Shown piece after piece: positions 8,842 through 19,630 of a stretch of DNA of 64,000 nt (positions are counted from its first letter, which is position 1; each line of letters begins with the position of its first letter). The notes beneath the pieces are model-generated. The model was given only the letters and a program-made list of their open reading frames with translations. It was not told the origin of the DNA and did not search any database. The stretch is from a virus: IMG/VR virus record IMGVR_UViG_3300002144_000072, positions 33,112-97,111 of that record; one strand, written 5' to 3'. The position numbers and the translations under genes were made by a program.

Positions 8842-9124
8842 GAGCAGACCGAAACCAAAAATTATTTTAGAGCACGCCAATAAAGATACCTATAAGATAG
8901 AACAAATCTTAGAGTCCGATGCTATCTGGGCTGTGTTTTATAAAGGTCAACCGTTTAATCTAAAGAGCGGTAGTCTAATTGCTAGCTATCCCGGGCCAAA
9001 GTATAAAAAAGTATCTTTTTCAAATCCCGGACATGCACACAATTTAGCTAAAAAGTTAAATCAGTTGTTTAAGTGTACCGACTTCTCTGTGTTTAAACTA
9101 ACAAATGGCGAAGAGATTCAATGA
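8840..9124 (+). CDS. Conserved phage hypothetical protein (basic)
   Basis: MSRPKP...YPGPKYKKVSFSNPGHAHNLAKKLN. Confidence 0.75.
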   Translation: MSRPKPKIILEHANKDTYKIEQILESDAIWAVFYKGQPFNLKSGSLIASYPGPKYKKVSFSNPGHAHNLAKKLNQLFKCTDFSVFKLTNGEEIQ

Positions 9125-9525
9125 CCAATGCAAAGGATGCTTACACTAAAGTATTCTTGCGAGCAGCAAACTTAGAAACAGATCAAGAAACACTAAACAA
9201 GTATAACGTAGTTTGGTGGTGGAACTTTAGACAAAAAGAAACAGGCGGGCTACGCCTTACTGAACACGCATTGCAATTCATAGAAGAACATGCTAAAATA
9301 AAAACATACAAAGTAGAATTTCCAAAAGATTTTGCAATAACTCCACAAGTTTTGATATGGTTAGATCAGTTTATTGATTCACCATTCTTTATAACCAAGA
9401 AGTATATCATTGTAATGAAAGAAAAAGCAGCATTTGAACTTTATCTATTTTCAGGCGATATAAGGAAAATAGGGTATAACAAAGCATTATCTAAAAGATT
9501 AAGCCAAGAATCACTCCCAGAATAA
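9121..9525 (+). CDS. Hypothetical protein
   Basis: 134-aa coupled ORF. Confidence 0.75.
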   Translation: MTNAKDAYTKVFLRAANLETDQETLNKYNVVWWWNFRQKETGGLRLTEHALQFIEEHAKIKTYKVEFPKDFAITPQVLIWLDQFIDSPFFITKKYIIVMKEKAAFELYLFSGDIRKIGYNKALSKRLSQESLPE

Positions 9526-9533
9526 ACTACATA

Positions 9534-9541
9534 TATAAATA
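9534..9541 (+). promoter_or_regulatory. T4-type late promoter TATAAATA
   Basis: Exact consensus in the intergenic gap. Confidence 0.65.
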
Positions 9542-9546
9542 TTTTC

Positions 9547-9822
9547 ATGATGTTCGATCTAAACCCAATAGACGTTTTAAAACAACGAAAACTAAGTACT
9601 ACTCCTCCGCACTTTAAAAAAGCTGAAGTGCCAGAGTCTACTATTTTCGACAGCAGCATTGACGACTGGATTAGGAATAAATTAAAAGGTAGATATTATC
9701 TTTTAAGACAACCTGGTATAGATCGTACAGGTCGTGTGCGATCAGCTACAGTTGTCGGGTTTGAAGATTCAAAAGAACTAACATACTTTATGCTAGCATG
9801 TCCATTATTAAGGAGAAACTAA
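9547..9822 (+). CDS. Hypothetical protein
   Basis: 91-aa ORF. Confidence 0.7.
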   Translation: MMFDLNPIDVLKQRKLSTTPPHFKKAEVPESTIFDSSIDDWIRNKLKGRYYLLRQPGIDRTGRVRSATVVGFEDSKELTYFMLACPLLRRN

Positions 9823-10067
9823 TGACTGAAGAAATTAAAGAAACAGAAATTGCTGAACAAGCAGCACCCGAATCTACTCAGGCAACAAATGCTGCGCCGC
9901 AGCCAGGTCCTGCAGATTTAAATATCAGCGATTTAACTGCTCTAAAGAGCATTATCGAAGTTGCAACATCACGTGGAGCGTTTAAAGCAGCCGAATACGA
10001 AGCAGTTGGTAAGACATTCAACAAACTAAGTGCTTTCTTAGAAGCTGTCGCTAAAAAGGAGGGCTAA
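9822..10067 (+). CDS. Hypothetical protein; start revised to 9822
   Basis: AGGAG RBS at 9811-9815 precedes ATG 9822. Confidence 0.75.
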   Translation: MTEEIKETEIAEQAAPESTQATNAAPQPGPADLNISDLTALKSIIEVATSRGAFKAAEYEAVGKTFNKLSAFLEAVAKKEG

Positions 10068-10070
10068 ATC

Positions 10071-10724
10071 ATGGCCGGAACATTAAAACACATTGGTAGA
10101 ATTAACAACACAGGCGTAAAAGTATTGGTTGTTTTTAGAACACTACCGGGCGAATCGAATATGGCATTGGTATTACCAGTTCACAACTTGCCAGACGTAT
10201 ATCATGATTCTATCATGACTACAGTAGAAAGTGATCAATCACAAGAAGCGTTTGAATTTGGTGAGATTATGTTCATCAGACCGTTTCCAGATGGACGACC
10301 TATGCTTCAAGCAATGCAAGCAGATGGAAGATTGCAGAAAGTTGCAACTGATGCTATCACAATGACTCCAACTACTAACGATACTATTTTACTATCTCAG
10401 TTAAACGTGCTTATTGCTGAACAGAAGAATTGCACAGTTGATGATCTTACTACATTTGTTAAAGGTGCTCCTAAGAAAGATCCAAATGCCCCTGTAGTTG
10501 CTAATGCAGAAGCACAACCGTTAGTTGATCCAGATGTTCCTGCACCAGTAAGAGCACAAGCATCAAGTGCAGAAGCATTATCTGATAAGGATATTGCTAA
10601 ATCGTATCGCAGTCAAGCTGATGCTATGTACAAAGAAGCAGCACGTTTACGTAAAGAAGCAGACCTTTTAGATCCTGCAGTTAAGAAAGCATCTAAAAAA
10701 GTAGAAGAACCTGCTGATGCCTAA
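10071..10724 (+). CDS. Hypothetical protein
   Basis: 217-aa ORF with a GGAGG RBS. Confidence 0.8.
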   Translation: MAGTLKHIGRINNTGVKVLVVFRTLPGESNMALVLPVHNLPDVYHDSIMTTVESDQSQEAFEFGEIMFIRPFPDGRPMLQAMQADGRLQKVATDAITMTPTTNDTILLSQLNVLIAEQKNCTVDDLTTFVKGAPKKDPNAPVVANAEAQPLVDPDVPAPVRAQASSAEALSDKDIAKSYRSQADAMYKEAARLRKEADLLDPAVKKASKKVEEPADA

Positions 10725-11022
10725 TCCACTGTTTAAACCTCCGCGTCATCTTGTAAAAGAATGGCCGGAGGTTTTTGATGATCTCTATATGAATACCATG
10801 CCTGTAGCATATCTAGACTTTATACATCTAGTATTTGAAGACGGCAGGGTGTGGGAGATTGATATTAAAACAGAACTAACTAAGAAAGATCCAGAATCTA
10901 TCGCAGATACACTGCTTAACACACTAACAGAATATAAAGACGAAATAGTTAAAATAGATTTTAAAGTTAATATAAATCGTCTTAAATCTGATATTAAAGA
11001 TTCAACAGATACTATTTTTTAA
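10717..11022 (+). CDS. Hypothetical protein
   Basis: 101-aa ORF; ends the + strand block convergently. Confidence 0.7.
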   Translation: MPNPLFKPPRHLVKEWPEVFDDLYMNTMPVAYLDFIHLVFEDGRVWEIDIKTELTKKDPESIADTLLNTLTEYKDEIVKIDFKVNINRLKSDIKDSTDTIF

Positions 11023-11760
11023 TTTTGAATAAATGATTTCTGCATTGTGGTTGTTAGATTCAGCACCACAATGCATTAAATCTCTTGCTGTATTTGTAAA
11101 ATATAGTTTGTCAACCTCGCAATATTGTACAGTATCGTCAAACCAAGACGCATTAAAAGATTTAGCATCTTTCCACATATACTGTATTTGCTGAGAATCC
11201 AATATTCCCTTTATCAGAGAATTATGAATAGTTTTCATGTGGCCTTTCCAATAGTCATCACTTTCTGACCACAATCCTTTAAACTCCATATGTGTTTCAT
11301 TGAATGTGACTAGCCTATTGATATTAGAAAATACATTTACAACAGCCCATGGTGTTGGATAATTTTTCTTAAGAAGAAAGTTATTATACAATGCAAAATC
11401 AATACCTGCCGCAGGTACTCCTAAGTTGATAACAGGACGACCTGATAATTTTTCTAAGTAGTGACTTATAGTTTCGTCTTCAGCAACGCCAACTCCTGCT
11501 ACCATTGAACATCCTATAATAACAATAGACTCTTTCCAATAGATATCAGCAAACTCTCTAGTTCGATATCCAAGAGAATTCACTTTATATTCAATCTTTT
11601 TAGTTCTATAATGCCATGTGTCTGGTTGACTGATCAAGTTTCTAGCTAGAGCAGCTTCATCATCTGTTCCAGAGAATCGATTGTTGCCAAGTGTTAACCA
11701 ATTTACTTTAAACAGATTATCTTCGGAAAAGTAGCCTGGCATGTGCGATCTAGAGTTCAT
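11002..11760 (-). CDS. SGNH/GDSL-like protein
   Basis: NSLGYR, IIGCSMVAGVGV, INLGVPAAG, ARDLMHCG. Confidence 0.65.
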   Translation of the reverse strand: MNSRSHMPGYFSEDNLFKVNWLTLGNNRFSGTDDEAALARNLISQPDTWHYRTKKIEYKVNSLGYRTREFADIYWKESIVIIGCSMVAGVGVAEDETISHYLEKLSGRPVINLGVPAAGIDFALYNNFLLKKNYPTPWAVVNVFSNINRLVTFNETHMEFKGLWSESDDYWKGHMKTIHNSLIKGILDSQQIQYMWKDAKSFNASWFDDTVQYCEVDKLYFTNTARDLMHCGAESNNHNAEIIYSKLKNSIC

Positions 11761-12773
11761 TTGTGTATATCCTTGATGTGCTTGTGCAATTCGCTAGCAA
11801 ATAAGTCGTGAGCTTTTGCACTAGGGTGACAACATACTGTTATCCAATTATTTTCTGTTCCTACTCCATTAAAATCCCAGAACCCAACGTTAGATATATT
11901 CTCTTGTTTTAAACACAGGTCTATAAATGTAGGACACTGTTGTGGAAGAAACATACTATCCCATGGCCATTGATCTACCATCATTTCTAAGTGTTTAACT
12001 TGATCTTTCGATACATCGGCCTTGTTAGAAATAAGAGTTTGATCTATATCACGTTCAAAGCCTTGTTTTAAAAATGCTTTGAAATAATCACGAGTATACG
12101 TTTTATCAAATGCTGGAGTTATCACAAGTTTAGCGTTATGTACTTTACACCAGTTGATTAATTCTTGGACATGCAATAGCTGTTCTATTGCAGCTGATTT
12201 AGTAGAGTAAACTGCCTCTCCGTATCCTTGCCATAACATCCTACGAGGTGTATTCTCTAGTTGATCTTTCCAGTGAGGCCACATACATTGAAACTGATTA
12301 AAATCATTAAATTGATCCGATACTAAATCAAACCTCTCTTGGCCGCTGGGGACATACAACACCATCAATTCTTCTATATCTCCCCAATTTAACTGCGGCC
12401 ATGTATACAAACTTTTAATAGTTGCTCGATTGCCCCTACCTGCTCTACCTAGATTAATTGGAGTATATTCTCCGTCAAAATATTTTTTACAAAGAACATT
12501 CACAAATGCATTGTTGTGTTGCATGTGTGTCCAATTTATTTTATTATGTTCTATATACAGTTCAGGATATTGTTTTACAATATCAATCATATCGCTACGA
12601 CTAAGATTAGGTTCCATAGGAACTCCTGTACGCTCCATTGTCCACTCTAACCTATCATATAATTCCTGATCAATTGCGCCTTGACCTTCGACAAACGAAC
12701 ACCCGAGACTTATAATAGCTTTCTTAGTTCTTTTTAAACTTTGATTTATTTCTTTAATTTGGTTGTAATACAT
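11757..12773 (-). CDS. SGNH/GDSL-like protein
   Basis: LGCSFVEGQG, INLGRAGRGN, HPSAKAH. Confidence 0.65.
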   Translation of the reverse strand: MYYNQIKEINQSLKRTKKAIISLGCSFVEGQGAIDQELYDRLEWTMERTGVPMEPNLSRSDMIDIVKQYPELYIEHNKINWTHMQHNNAFVNVLCKKYFDGEYTPINLGRAGRGNRATIKSLYTWPQLNWGDIEELMVLYVPSGQERFDLVSDQFNDFNQFQCMWPHWKDQLENTPRRMLWQGYGEAVYSTKSAAIEQLLHVQELINWCKVHNAKLVITPAFDKTYTRDYFKAFLKQGFERDIDQTLISNKADVSKDQVKHLEMMVDQWPWDSMFLPQQCPTFIDLCLKQENISNVGFWDFNGVGTENNWITVCCHPSAKAHDLFASELHKHIKDIHK

Positions 12774-14046
12774 ATTCTCGTACCTTTGAAACTGAGCTAG
12801 GCTGCTTTATTGAATTATTTTTTAAAACTTCAAAGTTGTAATCTAAGATAGCTCTCATCGATTCGAACCATTCTATTTTTTTACTGTGAGACATATTTTT
12901 TATTATTTGTATCTGTTTAATGATAGCGTCTAATCGTTCCCAAGAATCTAACTCGTCATATGATTCGTCAATAACACCATCAAAAGTTTTGTATCCTAGT
13001 TCTCGAATATATCTCAGACTATGTTTATTACCGTATAATATAAAAGGGTGTCTAGCAGCGATCGGTTTAAATGTTTTCTCACTTATAAAGCATGTGCGTT
13101 CTGCAAAAGATGCTTCACTTACTATACTCACCCAAGAATTACGTGTTTCTATATGATATAAATCTCTTACAAACGAGTCGGCTGATGTGCCTTTGAAATC
13201 TTGTTTTAATGTATCATCCATATTAGATCTAGGAAACATAGGCAACAACTTAACCATTTGCTCGTAATCTTCATCAGTTATTGATTTTTCTTCATAGTAT
13301 GAATTATTTTTAAAAAAACTATTCATACTATTAATACCATCTGAAAGTAAATTGTTTTTCCATAATGCATGAAATAACCAGATCCTGTGAGGCCTTGCAC
13401 GTTTTTGAAAACAGTTATATGTTAATAAGGTTGACTCATTAGCTGTCTTATAACGTATATGTTCACTAACTGTTGGCAATATCTTTAGTTGCTGTGTGAC
13501 CGAATCATAGGTAAATCTTTCAAACTGTATATGGGGTATAACACACATACGTTCTGATGTATTATTACGTTTGCACCAATCTGCATATTGTGTTTCTACT
13601 GACAAGTTTCCAGTGACATATATTATCTGACTAACAGGAATTTTATAAACTGTACAACAATAATGAAACCAATAAAACAACCATTCTTCATGGTACCCTT
13701 CGTGACTTTGATCTAAAAGTAAGTATGCTTTCTTTGACTGTAAATCAGTTAGTAGTTCTTGATCTATATAAAAGAATACACTATTTCTATTAGACGTCAT
13801 ATAATTTTTTTCTAGTTCTGCATGGCCTGCCCAATCCCAGGGCGAATGCGTCACTCCAGATGGAACAATATAACTTTTGTACTTTGTTCTGTTATTGAAT
13901 GAATCAAATGTTGCAGACTTTGAAAAACTATATCTTAAAGTTGATACAAGAGGACTAGCAGTAAATCGATTGATTCCAGACGAATTAACATCATCACAAT
14001 TAGAAAAATTTGTTAATTCTTTTTTATTTTGAAATAGAAAAATCAT
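12754..14046 (-). CDS. Putative GT-B glycosyltransferase-like protein
   Basis: RARPHR and SIVSE...FISEKTFKPI...PFIL.G...LGYKTF...DESYD; the (S/T)EK motif recalls GT10 fucosyltransferases. Confidence 0.5.
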   Translation of the reverse strand: MIFLFQNKKELTNFSNCDDVNSSGINRFTASPLVSTLRYSFSKSATFDSFNNRTKYKSYIVPSGVTHSPWDWAGHAELEKNYMTSNRNSVFFYIDQELLTDLQSKKAYLLLDQSHEGYHEEWLFYWFHYCCTVYKIPVSQIIYVTGNLSVETQYADWCKRNNTSERMCVIPHIQFERFTYDSVTQQLKILPTVSEHIRYKTANESTLLTYNCFQKRARPHRIWLFHALWKNNLLSDGINSMNSFFKNNSYYEEKSITDEDYEQMVKLLPMFPRSNMDDTLKQDFKGTSADSFVRDLYHIETRNSWVSIVSEASFAERTCFISEKTFKPIAARHPFILYGNKHSLRYIRELGYKTFDGVIDESYDELDSWERLDAIIKQIQIIKNMSHSKKIEWFESMRAILDYNFEVLKNNSIKQPSSVSKVREYVLQPN

Positions 14047-15416
14047 AGCATCTCACTGTTGCAGCTTTCAAAGAAATTTGCTAGTCTTGGAAAAGTCTTA
14101 GAGAAATCGGTATTACGACGGCGGTCATGTTCAGTGAACCAATTAAAGAAGTCTAGTTTGCCTTCTTTAATCTTCTCTGGGGCATAGATAGCTGATTCCA
14201 TGTATTTAACGACTCTTTCAAATTTAGCATACTCTAAGTCGTTGAATTTAAAGCGGTTTTTATCGTCTAAATTGGCTAGAATGAAGTCTAGGTGACTTTG
14301 CATGTATGGCATAAACTCCTCTTTAGGCAATATATTCATATCATATTGCAACGGTTCTTTTAGGAACGGTGTATCAAAGCGTACACGCTGCCATTTGCTT
14401 TGCGTAGATCCATTGTACTTCTCACGCCATTCTAAAATCTTTTCTAGCAGACTTTGAAAGTTTGTCACTGATAGTATGTTAAACGTTATCATGAATGTAA
14501 TAGGTAGAGATGTTCTTGTTAGATATGTATCTAAATTCTGTTCCCATACATTCAAGTCTAGGCCAGTACGTATGTACTCTGCTGCTGGACCCCATGTATC
14601 AATGCTCGTGAAAACTTTAAAGTCTTTGATCTTTCCGTTGTTAACTAGATTGTTTACCTTTTCAACCAATCGTTCTACTAGTACTGGCTTAACTCCGAAA
14701 TTAGTATTGATATTAAGTTCTAAGTTAGGCAGAGGATTCTGTTCAAGATCTTCTAATAGCTTCCATGTTGATTTTTGAAGCAACGGTTCGCCTCCGGTGA
14801 TACGAAGGATGGTTAAAGTTTTCTTTACTTCGGGCCACCAACGCCACCAGGCATCAACATAAGGGTTGTTATCTTCTTCATAAATCTTAAACCAGTCAAT
14901 GTCGTTGCGGTGATTCTTAACCATGTCGTAGGGGCCGTGATCTTTAATCTCTTTGTAGTACGAGCTACTGTGCTTAGGATGGCAGTACCCGCATTTAAAA
15001 TTACATTCGTTGCCAAAGCTAACTTCAATGTATTGCGGGTTTATATTCTGATCCCAGTCACCGTCTCGAATTTGTTCAAATCTTTCTGGAGTATAAATTG
15101 TACTATTGCGTTCCTTGCGATCACTAACGTAGCTATCGCCCATTGCTTCGATTTTCCAGCAGTAGTTGCAACCAGCGGGCTTACCACCGTTGAGCATTTC
15201 TAGTCGTTCAAGTTTTTTCTGTTCAGTATTATGTAGCGCACTAGGATCAATAAAGATTTCCTGCATAGGAATCTTGTGCGGGGCGGGATGATAACAACTA
15301 TGTGTTTCTCCTGTACCTAAGTAAATTGTCGTGTGATGCCATTTAGCCATACAGAACGTAGGCGAAACTTCATTCATAATAGGAATGAACTTTTTAATTC
15401 TTTCTAAGTCGTCCAT
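14043..15416 (-). CDS. Radical SAM protein with an N-terminal auxiliary Cys cluster (twitch-like)
   Basis: CNFKCGYC, ITGGEPLL, N-terminal FC...SC...CNYC. Confidence 0.85.
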   Translation of the reverse strand: MDDLERIKKFIPIMNEVSPTFCMAKWHHTTIYLGTGETHSCYHPAPHKIPMQEIFIDPSALHNTEQKKLERLEMLNGGKPAGCNYCWKIEAMGDSYVSDRKERNSTIYTPERFEQIRDGDWDQNINPQYIEVSFGNECNFKCGYCHPKHSSSYYKEIKDHGPYDMVKNHRNDIDWFKIYEEDNNPYVDAWWRWWPEVKKTLTILRITGGEPLLQKSTWKLLEDLEQNPLPNLELNINTNFGVKPVLVERLVEKVNNLVNNGKIKDFKVFTSIDTWGPAAEYIRTGLDLNVWEQNLDTYLTRTSLPITFMITFNILSVTNFQSLLEKILEWREKYNGSTQSKWQRVRFDTPFLKEPLQYDMNILPKEEFMPYMQSHLDFILANLDDKNRFKFNDLEYAKFERVVKYMESAIYAPEKIKEGKLDFFNWFTEHDRRRNTDFSKTFPRLANFFESCNSEML

Positions 15417-16446
15417 CGAACTGTTCCTTTAACCAAGCAAAGTCGTTGATTTTTTTAAGTGTTTCTAAATCTGTCTTGTGTTTAATACCGTATTCTTTTC
15501 CAGCATTGGCACCATCGATTGCATTTTCGTCACTTGAGTCTTCACACCATACTTTTAATCTATACTGCGTTTCTTCGTCTTGTTGTCGCTCAATCACACG
15601 ACTAGCTAGCTTGGCACATTCTCTAAATGCACTTTTCCAAGTATTAAACGGATCAGTATTAAATCCGTTTATGTTAGATACTGATTGCATAGGCCTAAAC
15701 CATTTACTAATACTTGTAGTCATATCTGGTTTAGATAAATCCATGTCTATAGTTAGTTGTCTAGGTAATAGTTTAACTCCACCATTACCATATTCTAAAC
15801 CGTTAACCGGGTTTCTACTTTGCCATACATGCACTGTTTGCTTTGCATTAAAGTCATAGTGCGGAATGTAGTGATCAAACTTAAACGTATTCTCAATAAT
15901 CGCATCTGCATCAACTACATAAAACATGTCAGTAGTAGCTGTCTTTGCTGCTTCAATGTGTGCTTGATGTATACCTTTAATATCTTTAATCCAGAAGATT
16001 TTATTTCCTCTTAATCTAGGAACCAGATCTGCAAATCGTTCAACTGCAAACGGTTCGTGATAGGATATAAACACAACATCAGACATCTGCGGTATGCTGG
16101 CTTGATATTCTATTTCTTTCTTTTTAGTAAAAAATCTATAATCCCATTCACGTTGTAGTATACGTGCGGCTTTAGGAAATATACAAATACCATCATAATA
16201 ATCACCATTTTTAAAAACATGAATGTATTCTTCGTCCCATTTAGGAATACGATAATCTAAATTAAAAACTTCTTTAAGATTAACATAATCCCACACTACC
16301 CAGAAAAATTTAGTAAATGCCTTAGATTTAACTTCTTCAAATGTTTTTATATTTTCAAGTTTCTGTGCATTAGGAAACCGATGTTTGAATCTTTCCCAAG
16401 CATCGTTATCTACTGATCCTTTTCCGACATAAAAAATATCATACAT
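15394..16446 (-). CDS. GT-A-like glycosyltransferase (two related domains)
   Basis: FISYHEP, GIHQAH, VVDAD (DxD), YGNGGVKL. Confidence 0.65.
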   Translation of the reverse strand: MYDIFYVGKGSVDNDAWERFKHRFPNAQKLENIKTFEEVKSKAFTKFFWVVWDYVNLKEVFNLDYRIPKWDEEYIHVFKNGDYYDGICIFPKAARILQREWDYRFFTKKKEIEYQASIPQMSDVVFISYHEPFAVERFADLVPRLRGNKIFWIKDIKGIHQAHIEAAKTATTDMFYVVDADAIIENTFKFDHYIPHYDFNAKQTVHVWQSRNPVNGLEYGNGGVKLLPRQLTIDMDLSKPDMTTSISKWFRPMQSVSNINGFNTDPFNTWKSAFRECAKLASRVIERQQDEETQYRLKVWCEDSSDENAIDGANAGKEYGIKHKTDLETLKKINDFAWLKEQFDGRLRKN

Positions 16447-17332
16447 TATCGGGCATCCGATAATACGTTAAGCCTAGATTAATTGTTTCGTCATACAGAT
16501 CTAAAATATATTTGCTCTGTTGTGAATCAAAGTTAGGCCAGTCTAGTCCAAGTTGCTGTTTAAGTTGTACGCCTAACGCTCGTGCATCAGCTTCGGGATT
16601 AGTATGATTAACTTTTTCTTCGTAGATGTCTCTTAATATTTCAAAGTCTCTAACGTCAATGTAATTCCAATCTGTACAATTAGTCATGTACGTTCCCATA
16701 CGGGCGCCAAGGATTGCATACACTCCGTTTTCTTCATGCATGCCTACAGTTGACCACATACGTAATCTATGGATATTGTGCCACCATATACTCTCTTTAA
16801 TTTCCTGAGGTGGAACTTTAACTCCGTCAAGTAGAGTCATTTTAACACCTTCACGGAATCCAGCACGCCAGGCTTGGAACGGACTTCCTGTAATAATACT
16901 TTCGCTATAAACTCTAGGAAAGTTTTTATAGCCATCTTCCCAACAGAAGTCTACTTGACCTCTATCACTGTCCGAATTTTCGTGTGTACGCATATCGAGT
17001 ACAAAATCTTTCTTCCAGATTTTCACGCCGCCGTTGCCATATCGCAATCCGTTAATAGTATTGCGGCCGCACCATCCATAGACTTGTATCTTAGGATCGC
17101 TCATGTCTAATTCTAGATTAAAGAAAGCAGGATCAACAATGTTATCAGCGTCAACAGTAATAAACCATTCAGTATCGCTGAGTTCAGCTGCGGCTTTGTG
17201 TGCATGATCACTGCCTTTGACGCCGTGAACTCGTTTTGCCCATGGTACTTTATTACACAAGTCAGCATAATGCAGATCAGCATTAGGCTCATCATAACTT
17301 AAAAATATAACGTCAAATTCTACTGTTTTCAT
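16439..17332 (-). CDS. GT-A-like glycosyltransferase, paralog of the adjacent gene
   Basis: FLSYDEPNA, GSDHAH, TVDADN, YGNGGVK, WRAGFREG. Confidence 0.65.
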   Translation of the reverse strand: MKTVEFDVIFLSYDEPNADLHYADLCNKVPWAKRVHGVKGSDHAHKAAAELSDTEWFITVDADNIVDPAFFNLELDMSDPKIQVYGWCGRNTINGLRYGNGGVKIWKKDFVLDMRTHENSDSDRGQVDFCWEDGYKNFPRVYSESIITGSPFQAWRAGFREGVKMTLLDGVKVPPQEIKESIWWHNIHRLRMWSTVGMHEENGVYAILGARMGTYMTNCTDWNYIDVRDFEILRDIYEEKVNHTNPEADARALGVQLKQQLGLDWPNFDSQQSKYILDLYDETINLGLTYYRMPDNV

Positions 17333-17946
17333 TTATACTCTATTACATAATTTTTAAATAAGCGTCTAGTATACACACTGAAATTTTCATAATCAATATC
17401 TTTTAATGTTTTAGTTTTACCTACTAGTTCATTAATTTTAACAGAAAACATCTCAAAGATCAAGTTCGGATCGTTGTATTCGGTAATTAAAAAATTCATT
17501 TCAGTGTCACCATCCCAAACAATTTTTCTTTTTTTGATATCACCTTTTACTTTTTTAGTTCCGCCTAGTTCTGCTGACAATTGAATTTTTAGAGTTTTAT
17601 TTTTTGATGAGTATGCCAAATAAACATCAGGTTTTATAATATCCGAAAATTCAATTGACGAGATTCTATGTAAAACATCATCAATTTTAAAAATGCTTTT
17701 TGTTTCAGCTATTTCTAAACTACTCGAATCTATGTCAACAAAGCATTTATGAATCATAATTTCGCTGTTGATAATAGATTCTGCAGTTTCTGTATCTAAA
17801 GAAATCTTATTTTTCTCTGTTGTAAAAGCATGATCCGGGCCAACTGATTTTACTGCGCCTGTTTCAGGATCAAACACTGCAACATACTTGGTTGGCTCAG
17901 GAATATAATTAGCTAACCATTCGTCAAAGTCTATCATTTTTTCCAT
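17329..17946 (-). CDS. Hypothetical protein
   Basis: 205-aa coupled ORF. Confidence 0.75.
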   Translation of the reverse strand: MEKMIDFDEWLANYIPEPTKYVAVFDPETGAVKSVGPDHAFTTEKNKISLDTETAESIINSEIMIHKCFVDIDSSSLEIAETKSIFKIDDVLHRISSIEFSDIIKPDVYLAYSSKNKTLKIQLSAELGGTKKVKGDIKKRKIVWDGDTEMNFLITEYNDPNLIFEMFSVKINELVGKTKTLKDIDYENFSVYTRRLFKNYVIEYK

Positions 17947-18773
17947 GCTATTTCCTCTAACACACTTATAACTTCATCTGTAATTTTATCTTTTTCTACA
18001 TAATGAACGATGTCGTGCTGTTGATAATTTCCAATTTTCAATTGTCCGCCCTTACCAAAATAAAATCCAACATGGTCGCTCCACTTAGTGGCAGGCCAGG
18101 GCCAATTTTGTACTAGCGGTTTCATATGTACTACTCTAGGAAATTCTAAAGGATATGCAATATCATCTTGAATATCTAGAATTTTTGCCGATAAACTAAA
18201 TGCTTCGTCTGTTCCTATAACTTTAGGCTTGCCTGCTGACAAAAACATATTAGAGAATTCAATAGGGTTTTTAATAATTTCTCTGCCAAGATTAAAAAAC
18301 TCTTTTACTAGCTTGCTATCTTTCTTAAAAAATGTATAAAATGAATATAGATTAGGCAACTCGTTTCTGACGAATGTTTTTCTATAATCAGTGCCTGTAA
18401 TTAGCTCACCCCTGTAAGTGTACGCTTTGTTAGCAACGTACAATTCACTATTCTCAATAAAATATTCTGCCCAGTGGCTATAATCTCTTGTAAACAACAT
18501 ATCAACATCTAGACATACTGTATGCTCAAAAGGTGTTAGTTCATCCATCCAACTACGACCATCCCAGAATGTTTCTTGATCCCATTCAATAACATGATCA
18601 AATACCCAAGGACTCTTTAACTTAGCTAGCTTGTCTTTGCTATCAATTACCAATGCAACTTTGTCGTAGCCTTCTCTTTGTGTATTCTTAATACTTAATG
18701 CTAATGCATACGCTAATTGTAGATAATCTACAGACTTGTGTTCGGCAACAATTAAAAGATATCCAAAGTTCAT
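17934..18773 (-). CDS. GT-A (GT8-like) glycosyltransferase
   Basis: ALALSIK, TPFEHTVCLDVDMLF, TDEAFSL, HMK. Confidence 0.65.
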   Translation of the reverse strand: MNFGYLLIVAEHKSVDYLQLAYALALSIKNTQREGYDKVALVIDSKDKLAKLKSPWVFDHVIEWDQETFWDGRSWMDELTPFEHTVCLDVDMLFTRDYSHWAEYFIENSELYVANKAYTYRGELITGTDYRKTFVRNELPNLYSFYTFFKKDSKLVKEFFNLGREIIKNPIEFSNMFLSAGKPKVIGTDEAFSLSAKILDIQDDIAYPLEFPRVVHMKPLVQNWPWPATKWSDHVGFYFGKGGQLKIGNYQQHDIVHYVEKDKITDEVISVLEEIAWKK

Positions 18774-19630
18774 ATTAGCTCCAGTAATTTATCTTTATTA
18801 CGAATAATACTTTGCTTATTCATTACATGAACATCAACTCCTGATAATGCTGCTGCACAATAATCAGATCCTAACCTGGAACTAACTAACACCGTTAGGC
18901 GATCTCCAATAACCTCATGTAGTACATCCTTATCTAATAAAGACAATACAGGGGGTAATATTCCATTTTCGTCTTCTTCAAATCCACCTAGTATATGTTT
19001 GGCTACACTAAATGCAATATCGTTTCTAAACTGTCTGCTGTCAAATCTAAAAATATCAGCATAGTACTGATAGTGGTCTTTAACAAAATTTACTGTGTCA
19101 AATAATAACTTAGCGTCACTTGTTTTACTAAACATAACTGTAGTGGCCCAGTAAAGTTTTACTCCAACTTCTGAAATATAAACATCGTTATATCCTAATC
19201 GTTCTTGACCATATATATCATTTATCGATTCGCCGATTAGTACGTCAGCATCAACATTCCAATATTCACTTAGTCTATTAGAAAAAATTAAAAAGTCACT
19301 GTCAATTAACAGTGTACGATCATACGGAGTTAGGTCCCATGCTGATCCCCTGTTTGAATTTATGAACGGCACAACCATATTAGATTCACCATCGTGTAAT
19401 CTTCGTTGATTGTCTGTTTGTGGACGATCTACAACTATGATGTTTTCAAATACAGCTGATGCTGTGTCTAACATATTAGATTCAGCTAACCAATCAACTG
19501 TCGATTGGTCAGTCACTAAAGATGCAGGTACCATTAACTGTTTTTTTGCAAGGCCGCCTGATATAATAGCCATCAGCGCATAATCAACTGTTCGATTGTT
19601 ATGAGCATAGATTAAAATTCCACGTGTCAT
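18770..19630 (-). CDS. GT-A (GT8-like) glycosyltransferase, paralog
   Basis: TPYDRTLLIDSDF, WATTVMF, RNDIAFSVA, HVMNK. Confidence 0.65.
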   Translation of the reverse strand: MTRGILIYAHNNRTVDYALMAIISGGLAKKQLMVPASLVTDQSTVDWLAESNMLDTASAVFENIIVVDRPQTDNQRRLHDGESNMVVPFINSNRGSAWDLTPYDRTLLIDSDFLIFSNRLSEYWNVDADVLIGESINDIYGQERLGYNDVYISEVGVKLYWATTVMFSKTSDAKLLFDTVNFVKDHYQYYADIFRFDSRQFRNDIAFSVAKHILGGFEEDENGILPPVLSLLDKDVLHEVIGDRLTVLVSSRLGSDYCAAALSGVDVHVMNKQSIIRNKDKLLELI

